From assembly GCA_033763315.1 (NCBI GenBank), contig JANRKS010000028.1, forward strand, positions 96,001 through 160,000: a stretch of DNA of 64,000 nucleotides, in the 5' to 3' direction. The first letter of the stretch is position 1. Each line of letters opens with the position of its first letter. The notes under the pieces were generated by a model. It was not told where the DNA came from, made no database searches, and saw only the letters and a program-made list of their open reading frames with translations. Of the stretch, positions 41,884 through 53,632 are shown in pieces. Origin of the DNA: Deltaproteobacteria bacterium (GTDB lineage Bacteria; Myxococcota_A; Polyangia; Fen-1088). Both the position numbers and the translations under genes were made by a program.

Positions 41884-42795
41884 AATGCTCAGCGACCACT
41901 GTCGGGGTGGAATCTGAATTTGCTCGTGGTCTTCGAGGCTTTGATGGCGGAACGCAACGTCGGCAGGGCCGGCAAACGCCTCGGCCTGTCGCAGCCGGCT
42001 GTGAGCCACGCGCTGGCACAGCTGCGCGCCGACTTGAACGATCCCTTGTTCGTTCGCACGGCTTCGGGCGTCGAGCCCACAGAGCGTGCCTTGGCCTTGG
42101 TTGGCCCCGTGCAGTCCGCGTTGTCAATCATATCGATAGCCGTGGCGCCGCCCACCTTCGAACCTGCCAAAGCCAACCATACCTTCACCTTGGCCGCGAC
42201 CGATTTTGCGGAGTTCGTTCTGTTGCCAAAGCTGCTGGCACACCTGGCACGCGTGGCGCCTTTTGTGCGGCTGCAATTGCGGGCGTGGCCACACCATCGC
42301 GTGCCACCTTTCCTCAGCACCGGCGAGGCCGACGTGGCATTGGGCTTCTTCGGCGACGTGCCGCCCGCGCACAACCAGTTGCCGTTGTTTGAGGACCGCT
42401 TCGTCTGCGCCGCGCGTAAGGGTCATCCCCTGGTGAAAAAGCGGCTCACCCTGCCCGCATACCTAAAGCTGAAGCACATTCTGGTCACAGCCGACCCACA
42501 GGCCCGCGGCGTTGTGGATGATGAGCTGGCAAAGCAAGGCAAATCGCGCGAGATAGGCTTGCGGCTTTCGCACTTTCTGATGGTGCCCGCGGTGGTGGCT
42601 TCCACTGATCTGGTGGCGGCACTGAGTTACCGCGTGGCCGAGCCCATGGCGGCCATCTTGCCCTTGCAACTTCTGCCACTGCCCTTGCACGTGCCCCGCG
42701 GCAGAGTCAGCCTTGTGTGGCACGACCGTTTCACCAAGGCGCCCGCGCATATCTGGTTTCGCAACCAGATCAAAGCCGTGGCCGCCCAAGTCTGA
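41878..42795 (+). CDS. LysR family transcriptional regulator
   Basis: LNLLVVFEALMAERNVGRAGKRLGLSQPAVSHAL...DPLFVRT. Confidence 0.95.
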   Translation: MNNAQRPLSGWNLNLLVVFEALMAERNVGRAGKRLGLSQPAVSHALAQLRADLNDPLFVRTASGVEPTERALALVGPVQSALSIISIAVAPPTFEPAKANHTFTLAATDFAEFVLLPKLLAHLARVAPFVRLQLRAWPHHRVPPFLSTGEADVALGFFGDVPPAHNQLPLFEDRFVCAARKGHPLVKKRLTLPAYLKLKHILVTADPQARGVVDDELAKQGKSREIGLRLSHFLMVPAVVASTDLVAALSYRVAEPMAAILPLQLLPLPLHVPRGRVSLVWHDRFTKAPAHIWFRNQIKAVAAQV

Positions 42796-42832
42796 ACGAA
42801 GCGCCTTGCTTGAACCTCGAAAGGAATTCGAT

Positions 42833-43102
42833 ATGTGCCGCAGCATCAAAACGCTGTTCAACTTTGAGCCCCCTGCCACAGATGACGAAGTGCGCGCGGC
42901 TTCATTGCAGTTTGTGCGAAAGCTGAGCGGCTTCGCCAAGCCCTCGAAAGCCAACGAGGCGGTCTTCGACGCGGCTGTGGCCGATGTGTTCGCCGTGGCG
43001 CGCCGCCTGATTGATTCCCTCGAAACCAACCAGCCTCCCAAGGACCGTGAATTCGAGCGGGTCAAAGCCAAAGAGCGCTCCCTGCTGCGGTTTGCCCGCT
43101 AA
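42833..43102 (+). CDS. DUF2277 family protein
   Basis: MCRSIKTLFNFEPPATDDEVRAASLQFVRKLSG...N..F. Confidence 0.9.
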   Translation: MCRSIKTLFNFEPPATDDEVRAASLQFVRKLSGFAKPSKANEAVFDAAVADVFAVARRLIDSLETNQPPKDREFERVKAKERSLLRFAR

Positions 43103-43175
43103 TGCAACGCTCGCGACGGCGGGTCAAGCCGAAGCCGACGAGACCCCGGGGCGCGCCCCTAAAGAGTTTTCGTGG

Positions 43176-43193
43176 CTGTCACGCAAATGTCAC
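43176..43193 (+). promoter_or_regulatory. Pho box
   Basis: CTGTCAC-GCAA-ATGTCAC, 11-bp period direct repeat upstream of pstS. Confidence 0.75.
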
Positions 43194-43237
43194 GAAGCGC
43201 TTCTAGATTGCCCGGCGACATGAAGCGTCGAACGACA

Positions 43238-44074
43238 ATGAAGCTGAACAATCTGTTTGTGGCACTCGCCGCGGTTGTGCCATTGACCCTGGCCGCGGGT
43301 GCGGCACACGCAGGCGCGTTGACGGTTAAGGGTTCGGACACAATGGTGGTCTTGGGCCAGCGATGGGCCGAAGACTATATGAAGAAGCACGCAGAAACGT
43401 CGGTGCAGGTGACCGGCGGCGGCTCGGGCACGGGCATCAGCGCACTCATCAACGGCACCACAGATGTTTGCCAAGCCTCGCGGGCCATGAAGCCCACCGA
43501 GCAAGACAAGGTGCGCGAAAAGTATGGCGCCAACAGCGTTGAAATCCCGGTGGCCAAAGATGGCCTAGCCGTTTACGTCAACGCCGCAAACCCGCTGACC
43601 GAGATCACGATGGCGCAGCTCAAGGGCATTTTCACCGGCAAGATCCAAAACTGGAAAGAGTTGGGCGGACCCGATAAGCGCATCATCATCTACTCGCGCG
43701 AGAACAGCTCTGGCACCTACGTGTTCTTCAAAGAGCACGTCCTTGAGGGGGCTGACTATGCAGCCCGCGCGCAGACGATGCCGGGCACCGCTTCAGTGGT
43801 GAACGCTGTTGCAAAAGAAAAATTCGGCATCGGCTACGGCGGCGCCGCTTTTGCCAAGGGCATCAAGGTTCTTAAAGTGAAGAAGGACGCGGCCAGCCCC
43901 GCGGTGATGCCCGACAAGAAGACTGTGCTTGATGGCAGTTACGCTTTGTCGCGACCCTTGTTCTTTTACGTGCGCGCCAAGCCTGCAGGCGAGGTGAAGA
44001 GCTTCATCGACTGGGTGTTGTCGGCTGAAGGCCAAGCCATCGCCGCTCAGGTCGGATACTACCCGATCAAGTAA
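43238..44074 (+). CDS. pstS: Phosphate ABC transporter substrate-binding protein
   Basis: VKGSDTM, GGGSGTGI, SRENSSGTY, YALSRPLF; Pho box upstream; alternative start at 43220. Confidence 0.92.
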   Translation: MKLNNLFVALAAVVPLTLAAGAAHAGALTVKGSDTMVVLGQRWAEDYMKKHAETSVQVTGGGSGTGISALINGTTDVCQASRAMKPTEQDKVREKYGANSVEIPVAKDGLAVYVNAANPLTEITMAQLKGIFTGKIQNWKELGGPDKRIIIYSRENSSGTYVFFKEHVLEGADYAARAQTMPGTASVVNAVAKEKFGIGYGGAAFAKGIKVLKVKKDAASPAVMPDKKTVLDGSYALSRPLFFYVRAKPAGEVKSFIDWVLSAEGQAIAAQVGYYPIK

Positions 44075-44095
44075 GACAGCACGGCACCGCCTGCT

Positions 44096-44827
44096 TCAGC
44101 CCAGGTTGTGATACACGTGCTGAACGTCGTCGTCTTGCTCCAACCCGTCCACAAGCTCAAGCACCTCTTGTGCTTTGTCTTCGGGCAGCTCCACGATGTT
44201 CTGAGGCACGTATTCTGAAAGCGCGGATTGCACAGCAATGCCGCGCTTTTCTATTGCCGCTTGAAGGGCACCGAACGATACGAACGGCCCGCGGATGACG
44301 ATTTGTTTTTCGCCCTTTTCGTTGGTGCCTTCGCCCAGCTCTTCGAGCCCTTCGTCGATCAGTTCAAGCTCCAGCTCTTCGAGATCCCGGCCGGCCACCG
44401 ACTCGGGGTTGATGCGGAACACGCCCATGCGTTTGAACTGAAACACCACGCTGCCTTCGGTGCTCATGCTGCCGCCGTAGGTCTTGAAGGTGCTGCGCAC
44501 GTTCGCCACGGTGCGCACAACGTTGTTGGTGGCGGTTTCAACCACCACGGCCACACCATGCGGCGCGTAGCCTTCGTAAAGCACAATGTCGTAGTTCTCA
44601 GCGCCTTGGCCGCTGGCCTTTTTGATGGCGTTCTCGACCTTGTCCTTCGGCATGTTGGCAGCGCGCGCGTTCTGCAAAGCGCGGCGCAAGGCCGGGTTGG
44701 CGTCAGGACTGGGCCCACCCGCCTTAACGGCAATGGCAATCTCTTTGCCTACGCGGGTGAAGGCTTTCGCCATCTTGTCCCAGCGGGCAAACATGGTGTG
44801 TTTGCGGGTTTCGAAGATGCGTCCCAT
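44096..44827 (-). CDS. yebC: YebC/PmpR family protein
   Basis: [16 protein letters not shown]...[36 protein letters not shown]. Confidence 0.93.
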   Translation of the reverse strand: MGRIFETRKHTMFARWDKMAKAFTRVGKEIAIAVKAGGPSPDANPALRRALQNARAANMPKDKVENAIKKASGQGAENYDIVLYEGYAPHGVAVVVETATNNVVRTVANVRSTFKTYGGSMSTEGSVVFQFKRMGVFRINPESVAGRDLEELELELIDEGLEELGEGTNEKGEKQIVIRGPFVSFGALQAAIEKRGIAVQSALSEYVPQNIVELPEDKAQEVLELVDGLEQDDDVQHVYHNLG

Positions 44828-44840
44828 AGAGCTTCCGAAA

Positions 44841-46112
44841 TTATCGCCTTGGCGCAGCCTCAGCAAGCCGTTCATGCTGCCGGCCAAGGTAAAGCGCGGT
44901 GCCCGCCCACAAAAAGGCCACGGGCACGCCCACAAACGCCAGGCCAGACAACGAAAGTCCGGCGCCGGTTAACCCGGTGGCCACCCAGCCCGAAAGCGCG
45001 TCCCCACCCCGGTGTACGAGCGTGTCGATGACATTTTTGGCCTGGTACTTGTCTTCGCTCGAAACGACTGTGAATAAGGCCTCGCGGCTGGGCTTCGAGA
45101 CGGCGAACTCACCCACCCGCCGAACCGCGCCGAACACCACCAACACCGTCAAGGTTGTGTGCCACCCCAGCCCGGCAAACCCCACGACCGACACCAACGG
45201 CAGCGCCACCAACGAAGCCGTCAGCCCCCACTTCGGAAGCACCTTTCCAGTCAGGGTCAGCTGCGCCACCAACGACACCACGTTCACCAGCAGATCTAGC
45301 TTGGCAAACAACCGCGTGCGTTCGGCTGACGATGCAATCGCCGCCTTCACGAGGCTGAGCTGTTGAAAATAGAGGAACGTTCCCAAGAGCGTGTAGCAAA
45401 CCAAGAACACGCAAACGGCCGCCAGGTACCGCGAGCGAGCGATGCGCACGATCCCTTCCATGAGACGCACACGCGGTGGGGCCAGCCGGCCCCGCTTCGG
45501 TGGCAAGTGCGGCACGAGCCGTGTGATGCACAGCAAGCTCAACAGCAGCACGCCTGCCGCCGCCAACAGCAGAGTGTTGGCACCAAGCCACGGCACCAAA
45601 GTGGCCGCTCCAGCCGGCCCCACAATGGCACCCAAGCTTCCGCCCGCGGAAATAAAACCGAACAGACGTTTGGCCGCGTCGGACGCGAACAGATCCGCCA
45701 TGAAACTCCAAAACACTGAGACAGCGAATAGGTTGAACACGCTCACGAACACGAAGAAGGCGGGCGCCAGCACAACGCGCGCGACACCCGATTGCAAAGC
45801 CGCAAAGAAGCCAAGCATCACGACGGCGCAGCCAAGGTAGACGGCCGGCAACAATCGCTGCGGCGGCAGGCGTTTCACCAGCCAGCCGAACAGCGGCACC
45901 AAAACAAGCATCGCGACGAAGGTCGCCGTTAACAAGTGCTGCACGCGGGCGGCGCCGTATTGGATGGCCATCTCTTCGCGCAGCGGCCGAACCAGGTAAT
46001 AACTGGCCAGAACACAAAAGAAGAACCCGAAAGACCACACCAACGGCCCTGTCTCCTCGGGACGCACGTCAACCACGCGACGCCAAGAGGTCGATCCTGA
46101 AGGCATTTTCAC
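44841..46112 (-). CDS. NTT/TLC-like MFS transporter
   Basis: [55 protein letters not shown]. Confidence 0.85.
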   Translation of the reverse strand: MKMPSGSTSWRRVVDVRPEETGPLVWSFGFFFCVLASYYLVRPLREEMAIQYGAARVQHLLTATFVAMLVLVPLFGWLVKRLPPQRLLPAVYLGCAVVMLGFFAALQSGVARVVLAPAFFVFVSVFNLFAVSVFWSFMADLFASDAAKRLFGFISAGGSLGAIVGPAGAATLVPWLGANTLLLAAAGVLLLSLLCITRLVPHLPPKRGRLAPPRVRLMEGIVRIARSRYLAAVCVFLVCYTLLGTFLYFQQLSLVKAAIASSAERTRLFAKLDLLVNVVSLVAQLTLTGKVLPKWGLTASLVALPLVSVVGFAGLGWHTTLTVLVVFGAVRRVGEFAVSKPSREALFTVVSSEDKYQAKNVIDTLVHRGGDALSGWVATGLTGAGLSLSGLAFVGVPVAFLWAGTALYLGRQHERLAEAAPRR

Positions 46113-46199
46113 GCGCTGGTCTTATCACTTCGGGAGCCGAGACGACAGCAACTGCAGTGCAGCATCATCGGCGCCCCCGGGCGGTGCTAGACTTGCCCC

Positions 46200-46547
46200 A
46201 TGGGCATTCTGATTCGATTGGCAGCGCTCGCGGCCACGTTGCTTGTGTTGCAGACCGTGCTTCCCGGCATGCGGGTTAAGAGCAAGAAGACCGCGGTGGT
46301 GGTGGCCGTGGTGTTCAGCTTGTTAAACGTGTTCCTCGGCTGGTTGGTGGCGCTGATCTTGGTTCTGCCTGCGCTGTTGACGCTGGGGCTTCTCTTCCTT
46401 GTGTTTCCGCTCATCATCAACACAGTGATGTTGTGGATCACGGATCTTTGGATTGAAGACTTTGAAATCAAAGACGCCAAGACCCTGTGGATCTCGGCGG
46501 CGGCGATGACGTTGGTCAACGGGGCGGTGGCGGCGTACCTGCGCTGA
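46200..46547 (+). CDS. YvlD-like 4TM 'phage holin family' membrane protein
   Basis: LPGMRV...A...LLN..L..L...TLGL..LIIN..ML...FEI pattern. Confidence 0.85.
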   Translation: MGILIRLAALAATLLVLQTVLPGMRVKSKKTAVVVAVVFSLLNVFLGWLVALILVLPALLTLGLLFLVFPLIINTVMLWITDLWIEDFEIKDAKTLWISAAAMTLVNGAVAAYLR

Positions 46548-47964
46548 TGTCACTGCCGTCAGTGGCGGCGGCCGTACAGAAGTTGAATTTCTTCATCATG
46601 CCAGGGGGGCGGACTCGCTGCCGCTGGGCGCGCCCAAACCGCGTGCTGAACGTGCGCTCCCACGTGGGGTTGCCCTTGATGAGATCACGCACCTTGTCCC
46701 ACGCCGCCACAGGCGCGAGCGCGCCAGCGGCGGGGGCAGGCATAGTGGTGGGCACGGCGCCGGCGTCGGGAGCGGGAGATTCTACGGGCGGTGGCAAAAG
46801 CGCGACCAGGGCCACCAGATCTTCAACAATCGTGGGATCGCGATGCGCCGCGTGTTTTGGGTTTGACAGCACCTCGGTCGCCGCCGGCACCATCACGGAG
46901 TCGCGCAAAAGAGCCTGATCGCGGGCATCGATCTGACACCACAGCAGGCGCGCGTGGATTTGATTCACGGCGCGTGACACTTCGTGGCGGGGCCGCAACA
47001 AAAGGTCCTTGAGTGTATCGGTGTAGTCGCCGTCAGATTCAAGCACGGTGCTCAACATGAAATCCACCAAGCGAGACCGGCATTCAGCGTTGCAGGATGA
47101 GCCGAGCATGTACGTGGAAAGCCATTTGCGCCGAGCGGTGTGAAAGGCGTCGATTTGTTTGGCCTCCGCTTCGCTCACCAGTTCCCCGGTGCGCGCCGTG
47201 GCCAAAACCAACGCCGAAACCAAGCGTGCGCCAGGTGAGAACGCCTCAAACTTTTCAATGTCTCGCCAGCGACGGTGTTCGTAGGTGTCTTGCAAATAAG
47301 GCTCAAACAACCAAGCGAGTTTGCTTGGCATGGCCTGCACCTCGTCCTCATTGAGCAGCAGCGACATCGGTCCGGCTTTGGCTTCTTTGGTGTTCACCGT
47401 TCCCATGAGCTCATCCTCAATCAACGCCGAGATGGCCTCGGAACGGTCCGAGAGTTTATCCCCCTTGCAAACCTCGGCGTCCTTTTCAACGCCGTAGCGT
47501 TCGATGCAGGTAAGTTCATAGGCTTGTGCCAACTGCAGGTAATTCTTCTTGTGCGTGTTGGCCAGCACCGTGCGCATATACGAGGCGTTTTCCTTGCCCA
47601 GCTCCAAGGCATAGGAAACCGCCAGCTCAGGATCCAGAATGTCCGCACGCGTGAGCGACAGCAACACACCGAATTTGCGATCGGTGTTGTTCTCGCCTTG
47701 CGCCGAAAGGACATCCAAATTCTTGGCCAAGATATCAGCCCGGGCGATGCGCCATTCATTGTCGGCCTTGGCCTTCGTGATGGCTTGGTCTGAGGCCGCC
47801 TGCGCGCGCGTGATCTCAGACTGCCGGTATTGCCAAATGCTGGTTGCCACCAAACCCGCCACGCCGATAACGAAGCTTGAAAGGAAGCTCGAATAAGATT
47901 GGATGAATTGTCCTAAGCGGCTGGGCTCAGGTTTTGAGGGTGCAGATTTATCTGTGTCGGCCAC
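46516..47964 (-). CDS. Hypothetical membrane-anchored helical protein
   Basis: 482-aa ORF, single N-terminal TM, several Cys, SD GGAGGTG before GTG. Confidence 0.75.
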   Translation of the reverse strand: MADTDKSAPSKPEPSRLGQFIQSYSSFLSSFVIGVAGLVATSIWQYRQSEITRAQAASDQAITKAKADNEWRIARADILAKNLDVLSAQGENNTDRKFGVLLSLTRADILDPELAVSYALELGKENASYMRTVLANTHKKNYLQLAQAYELTCIERYGVEKDAEVCKGDKLSDRSEAISALIEDELMGTVNTKEAKAGPMSLLLNEDEVQAMPSKLAWLFEPYLQDTYEHRRWRDIEKFEAFSPGARLVSALVLATARTGELVSEAEAKQIDAFHTARRKWLSTYMLGSSCNAECRSRLVDFMLSTVLESDGDYTDTLKDLLLRPRHEVSRAVNQIHARLLWCQIDARDQALLRDSVMVPAATEVLSNPKHAAHRDPTIVEDLVALVALLPPPVESPAPDAGAVPTTMPAPAAGALAPVAAWDKVRDLIKGNPTWERTFSTRFGRAQRQRVRPPGMMKKFNFCTAAATDGSDISAGTPPPPR

Positions 47965-48056
47965 CGGGGTTCACCTCCCAAAAAAGCGAATCCCTGGTCA
48001 TACTCCGCCCGGGCGCTTCCGCCCAGGGCCCCCCGGCAAAAAGGCCAGCGCTCGAC

Positions 48057-48752
48057 TTAACGGCCGCGCACTTTCACGGGCGCTTCCACTGAGTACGGAC
48101 GGCCCGTACGCGGAAAGCGCCACCGCTGCGACACTTTCCGCAGACAAAGCTCCAGTGGCGAACCACCGAGGGATGCTCCTTGCAACGCGACGGCAGGCAC
48201 GCGTCCTTTGGCATCGACCTCAACCACCAAGGTGCCCTCGGCTTTCATGTCCGGCATGAGCTTAAGCTGTCTTTCGACGCACTTTTGCATATCAGCCTCA
48301 TGGGCCATGATGACAGACCGCAACTGCTGATCGGCGTGCTTACCCGTTCGCAGCGCAACGCCCCCACGCAACGGCACGGCTTCCACCGGCGCGATGGCCG
48401 CGGTTGAAACGAAGACGGCGCTTGTGGCCTGGGGGCCGGTTGCGCGCGACTCACCAGCTGCGACTTTCTCGGTCACAATGGTTTCCTTGGGCGGCGGCAG
48501 CTCGACCACGGTGGGCGGCGGCGGCAGCTCGACAGATGGAATGGGCGCGGCCGGCACCACCACGGCAGCCGGGGCGGGCGTGGCGGGGGACGTTGACGTC
48601 ACAGCGATGGACGATGGCGGCTGCGGATCGCGCGAGGGACGTGCAACGGCGACGGCCTGCGGTGCTGTTTCAAGCAAACATCCGCCGAGCATGAAAAGGC
48701 ATGCGGCCGCAGGCCACGCCCAAACCATCGCTTCACGATCTTGCTTCTTCAC
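48057..48752 (-). CDS. Lipoprotein with AgmX/PglI C-terminal (TonB-C-like) domain
   Basis: LGGC lipobox, Pro-rich linker, MQKCVERQLK..P...GTLVVEVDAKG...LELCL...WRFP. Confidence 0.75.
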   Translation of the reverse strand: MKKQDREAMVWAWPAAACLFMLGGCLLETAPQAVAVARPSRDPQPPSSIAVTSTSPATPAPAAVVVPAAPIPSVELPPPPTVVELPPPKETIVTEKVAAGESRATGPQATSAVFVSTAAIAPVEAVPLRGGVALRTGKHADQQLRSVIMAHEADMQKCVERQLKLMPDMKAEGTLVVEVDAKGRVPAVALQGASLGGSPLELCLRKVSQRWRFPRTGRPYSVEAPVKVRGR

Positions 48753-48839
48753 AGCCGCACGATCTTGCGTGCGCAGAAACGTTTCCGCCCCACAGTTCCG
48801 AAACAGTTTCGTTTCAACGCGGGGCAGCCAAAGAAGCGG

Positions 48840-49612
48840 CTATTTCTTCAGGCGGTATCCCGTCTTGAACATCCAGGCGACCACCACCAGCAACGCCAGC
48901 AAGAAGGCGGACGTCGCCAGCAGGCTGATGCCCACCGCCACGTCTGCCGTGTTGTAGAAGCTCCAGCGAAAGCCGCTGATGAGATAAACCACGGGGTTAA
49001 AAAGCGCCACCGTGCGCCACCCGGGCGGCAGCATATCCACGGAATAAAAGGCGCCGCCCAAGAACGTGAGCGGCGTGATGACCAACATCGGGATGAACTG
49101 CAACTGCTCAAAGCCTTTGGCCCACACGCCGATCACGAAACCAAACAAGCTGAAGGTGGTGGTGGTCATCAACAAGAAGGTCATCATCCAAACCGGGTGT
49201 TTGACCTGCACAGGCACGAAGAATGCGGCCGTCGCCAAGATCGTTAAACCCAGGATGATTGATTTCGTGGCGGCGGCGCCCACATAGCCGATGATCATTT
49301 CAACAAACGAGATCGGCGCCGAAAGCAGCTCGTAAATGGTTCCAGTGAACTTCGGAAAGTAAATGCCGAAGGAAGCGTTCGATATGCTGGCTGTAAACAA
49401 AGAAAGCATGATGAGGCCCGGCACCAAGAACGCGCCGTAAGGCACCCCATCAACCTGCGACATCCGCGAACCAATGGCCGAGCCGAACACAACAAAGTAA
49501 AGCGACGTCGTGATGACGGGCGTCACCACGCTTTGCACGACCGTTCGGCGAAACCGTGCCATCTCGAACTTGTAGATCGCCCAAACGCCGTGGTGGTTAA
49601 AAGTGAGGGTGC

Positions 49613-49616
<4 letters not shown>
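48840..49616 (-). CDS. ABC-2 permease (YadH-like)
   Basis: [43 protein letters not shown]. Confidence 0.93.
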
Positions 49617-50551
<935 letters not shown>

Positions 50552-50602
50552 GGGTGCGCAAGATAGCGCGAATTACCTGCGCCGGCAGCGCCCACGGCAA
50601 GT

Positions 50603-52393
50603 TTACGGAATCGCTTCGTTCAGCATCAATGCGCGCACGTACTTGGTGGCCGGGGCTCCGTAGGACAAAACTTGATCGTGGTAGCGCTTGAGCAAAAACC
50701 CAGAGCCTTGTTTCGCTTGCACGGCGTGGCGCAGGTCCCATTGCTCTTGTAGGCCAACAAAATACGTGGGCAGTTGCGCTGACGTTAACTGGGCACGCGT
50801 CCACTTGCCGGCCGCTTCACGCTCCTGCTGAAACGTCTGCCGCACCATTAGATTCATGGCTTGTTCCCGCTCCCAACCCTGCACATGCACCCCGTAGTCC
50901 AGCATCGCGTTCGCGATGGCGCGCAAATAGAACTTCGCTTGCACCAAGCGAAACAGCGGATCGGCATCCAAATAGCCCTCGGCCGTCATCATCTGCTCGG
51001 TGTAAACCGCCCAGCCTTCGGCAAACAATCCTGATCGCAACACAGCTCGCAGCAGTGAAGGATGTTCAGCCGAATGCACACCTTCAAGGTAATGCCCTGG
51101 CATCGCCTCGTGAATCGAAAGCAGATGCATCATGCGCGTGTTGTACTCGCGCAAGAAGGAATCCGATTGGGCTGCGGTCCAATCCTCAGGGATGGGCGAG
51201 ATCGCATAATAGGTGGCTTGGCCCTTATCGAGGGGGCCAGGCGAATCGCAGTAGGCCACGGCCACACCACGCTGAAATTCGGGCATCAAGATCACTTTGA
51301 CCGGATCGTTGGGCACCGTGACAAGATCTTTGCTGCGCACGAACTCCGTGGCTTGCGCCAAGGTTTGTTTTGCGGTCGCCACCACCTGGTCGCGCGCGGG
51401 CCGATCGGCATACGCGTATTCGAGCGCGGCTTCAATGAGGCTTTGCTGTTGCGCTTCGTCGGCCTGCGCAGGCACCGCGGTGCCTGGCTGCTTTTGTTTT
51501 AGGACCTGCACCGCCAGCTTGAACATTTCCGAACGCACGCGCTGCAGTTCACGCTCGGCGCGGGTGCGAATCTCCGCGGCTGACAATGACGAGTCCAACG
51601 CATAAGACAGCTTTTGGGTGTAAAGCGCGCCGCCCAAACGGAAGTCGCCGCGGGCGCCAGGCACGAGCACTTTCTCGATCCAGGCTTGATGCACAGCCAC
51701 GGCGGCCCGCAAAGTGGCGATGGCCGCCTTCAAGCTTTCTTGTTGTGGTAAGGGCAGGTCGGGCAGGGATGGCACCACCAAATCGTCGACGATGCCAATA
51801 ATTCCGTGGTTCTGCTTCGCCACCGTCTCGGCATGAACTTTGGGGACGCGCGCCGGATCAAGGTTGGCCCTGGCCTGCGCGAGCAAGGCTGGCATCTTCT
51901 GCATGCGGGCCGCGGCCGCGCGCATGCGGACGGGCAAGGGCGCGAATTCGCGCGCGAGCAAGTTGTAGATCGCGTCGCCCGCCAGACGGTTGTAAAGCAG
52001 TGGATCGGTTCGCCATTCCTGCAACAACTCTTCGTTGAACAGCGCGCTGTGCAACTCATTGCGAAGAATACGCGCGTCCACCTGGTTTTCGCGGGTCAAC
52101 TGCGCGGTGTCGATGCCTTGCAGTTCAGCCAGGATCGCTTTATCGAAGCTGGTACGCGCCGCGCGTCCCTGCGCACTTAAGTCGTCAACCTCATCATCGA
52201 AGCGATGGTCCCCGTACCGTGTGGCCGAAATGGGACTCAGCCGCATCAGCCCGTCGAGCCAATGGTTGGTGAGGTTCGCGAACATAACGTTTGCGTTTTG
52301 ATTCGGCATCGCATAGTCCCCCGTGCGTTTTTGTGACGGCCCCACACACGCAAAGGTGGCGAGGGATAACAGGCTGATGAAGAGTCGTTTCAT
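50603..52393 (-). CDS. DUF885 family lipoprotein
   Basis: FAC lipobox; HEAMPGHYLE, FAEGWAVYTE, QLPTYFVG, YHDQVLSYG. Confidence 0.92.
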   Translation of the reverse strand: MKRLFISLLSLATFACVGPSQKRTGDYAMPNQNANVMFANLTNHWLDGLMRLSPISATRYGDHRFDDEVDDLSAQGRAARTSFDKAILAELQGIDTAQLTRENQVDARILRNELHSALFNEELLQEWRTDPLLYNRLAGDAIYNLLAREFAPLPVRMRAAAARMQKMPALLAQARANLDPARVPKVHAETVAKQNHGIIGIVDDLVVPSLPDLPLPQQESLKAAIATLRAAVAVHQAWIEKVLVPGARGDFRLGGALYTQKLSYALDSSLSAAEIRTRAERELQRVRSEMFKLAVQVLKQKQPGTAVPAQADEAQQQSLIEAALEYAYADRPARDQVVATAKQTLAQATEFVRSKDLVTVPNDPVKVILMPEFQRGVAVAYCDSPGPLDKGQATYYAISPIPEDWTAAQSDSFLREYNTRMMHLLSIHEAMPGHYLEGVHSAEHPSLLRAVLRSGLFAEGWAVYTEQMMTAEGYLDADPLFRLVQAKFYLRAIANAMLDYGVHVQGWEREQAMNLMVRQTFQQEREAAGKWTRAQLTSAQLPTYFVGLQEQWDLRHAVQAKQGSGFLLKRYHDQVLSYGAPATKYVRALMLNEAIP

Positions 52394-52570
52394 ATCGTAT
52401 GCGACCATGGTCGACGGCAAAGCGAAACGATACCACGCTTTGACGCACGGCTTTTGCGACACCGGCCCTCGTCCCCTCGGCGTTCGTGCGCGGCGCGTGG
52501 GCGGGCAAGCACAGCAGGCGCGCCCGCGATCCACTTTGCTTGGGCGCGGGCCAGACCTCTTAACCGCTAC

Positions 52571-53536
52571 CTACAGTGGGCACGCGATCGTTTTTTTCCC
52601 CTGCAACAGCGGCGTAAGCGCCTGCATCCAGGCGGCAGCGATGCGCTTTTCGCCCGCTTCATTGGGGTGTATGCCATCCGGCAGGAAGTCGGCTTTGGTG
52701 AAGCCCGCGAATTGATCCACCACCTGCACGAGCGAGGTCGACGTTGTTTTGCGCTCTGCCACCCCCGGCACACGCGCATTGATCTCGGCGATCGCCGACT
52801 GAAAAGGCCCAGGATATCTATCCTCAGACAGAGGAATCACTTTGGCCAGCAGCACCACTACATTGGGGTTCTTCGTGCGCAAGTAATCAATCAACGCCTC
52901 GATGCCCATGATCGCCCGTTGCGCGATGGCTTGGTCTGTTTCCGTGCTAACCGTCCACACTTCGTTGGTGCCAGCGTGCAAAAGCACGATGCCTGGGGTC
53001 TGCTTGTCCCATGTGGTTACCGCCTTGAGCAAGGCGAGGATCTCGCTGGGCTTCTTCCCCCATCGCCCTTCGTGATCTGCATCGAACGTGGGGTCGGGGT
53101 AGGCCACGGTAGGTTCATTGGCTTCGCGTTTGTGTCGCGTCGTTTGCGAACCCACGAAGCCTGTTCTGAAGCCTCCGTCGCGCAGCATCTGCCACAGCCA
53201 ATAGCGGTAGCTCATGTGTTCGAGGTCGGCCTGTGTGATGGAATCCCCCAGCGGCATGATGCAGGTGGCGTACGGAAGTGCCTGCGCGTCAGGCGCCGCG
53301 TCTGCTGATGCAGCCGGACCAGCGTCTGGCGAGCCTGAGCCACCGGCATGGCCTGCAACGGCGCCCCCGGCCTGTGCACCAGCGCTGCCAGCCTCGTTTT
53401 CACCACCCGCGCCGCCCGCCCCAGCCTCGCCCCCGGCCGCATCGTCATGGCTCGAAGAACGACTGCTACACGCAGCCATCGCGCACAACAAGGGGATCCA
53501 AAACTTGCGTTGCCACTTCGTCATGTTGGGTCGCAT
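52571..53536 (-). CDS. SGNH/GDSL hydrolase lipoprotein (CE3-like)
   Basis: AAC lipobox, Gly-rich linker, IMPLGDSIT, FVGS, HEG, AGTNE, DGIHPN. Confidence 0.9.
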   Translation of the reverse strand: MRPNMTKWQRKFWIPLLCAMAACSSRSSSHDDAAGGEAGAGGAGGENEAGSAGAQAGGAVAGHAGGSGSPDAGPAASADAAPDAQALPYATCIMPLGDSITQADLEHMSYRYWLWQMLRDGGFRTGFVGSQTTRHKREANEPTVAYPDPTFDADHEGRWGKKPSEILALLKAVTTWDKQTPGIVLLHAGTNEVWTVSTETDQAIAQRAIMGIEALIDYLRTKNPNVVVLLAKVIPLSEDRYPGPFQSAIAEINARVPGVAERKTTSTSLVQVVDQFAGFTKADFLPDGIHPNEAGEKRIAAAWMQALTPLLQGKKTIACPL

Positions 53537-53632
53537 GGGTGTTTTGCCGTCGATGAGAACGCCGGGCGCAGCCTAGCGCAAACTCACGCACGCAGGGAAG
53601 GCGCCGCCTTGCAAACGATGCTAACCTTTAAA

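Noticed and set aside
44841-46112. Parasite-type ATP/ADP translocase
   Set aside because: Motifs fit the broad NTT-like family found in free-living bacteria; the substrate cannot be inferred.
46200-46547. Holin as evidence of a prophage
   Set aside because: YvlD-like 4TM proteins are common chromosomal genes; no endolysin, integrase or structural genes nearby.
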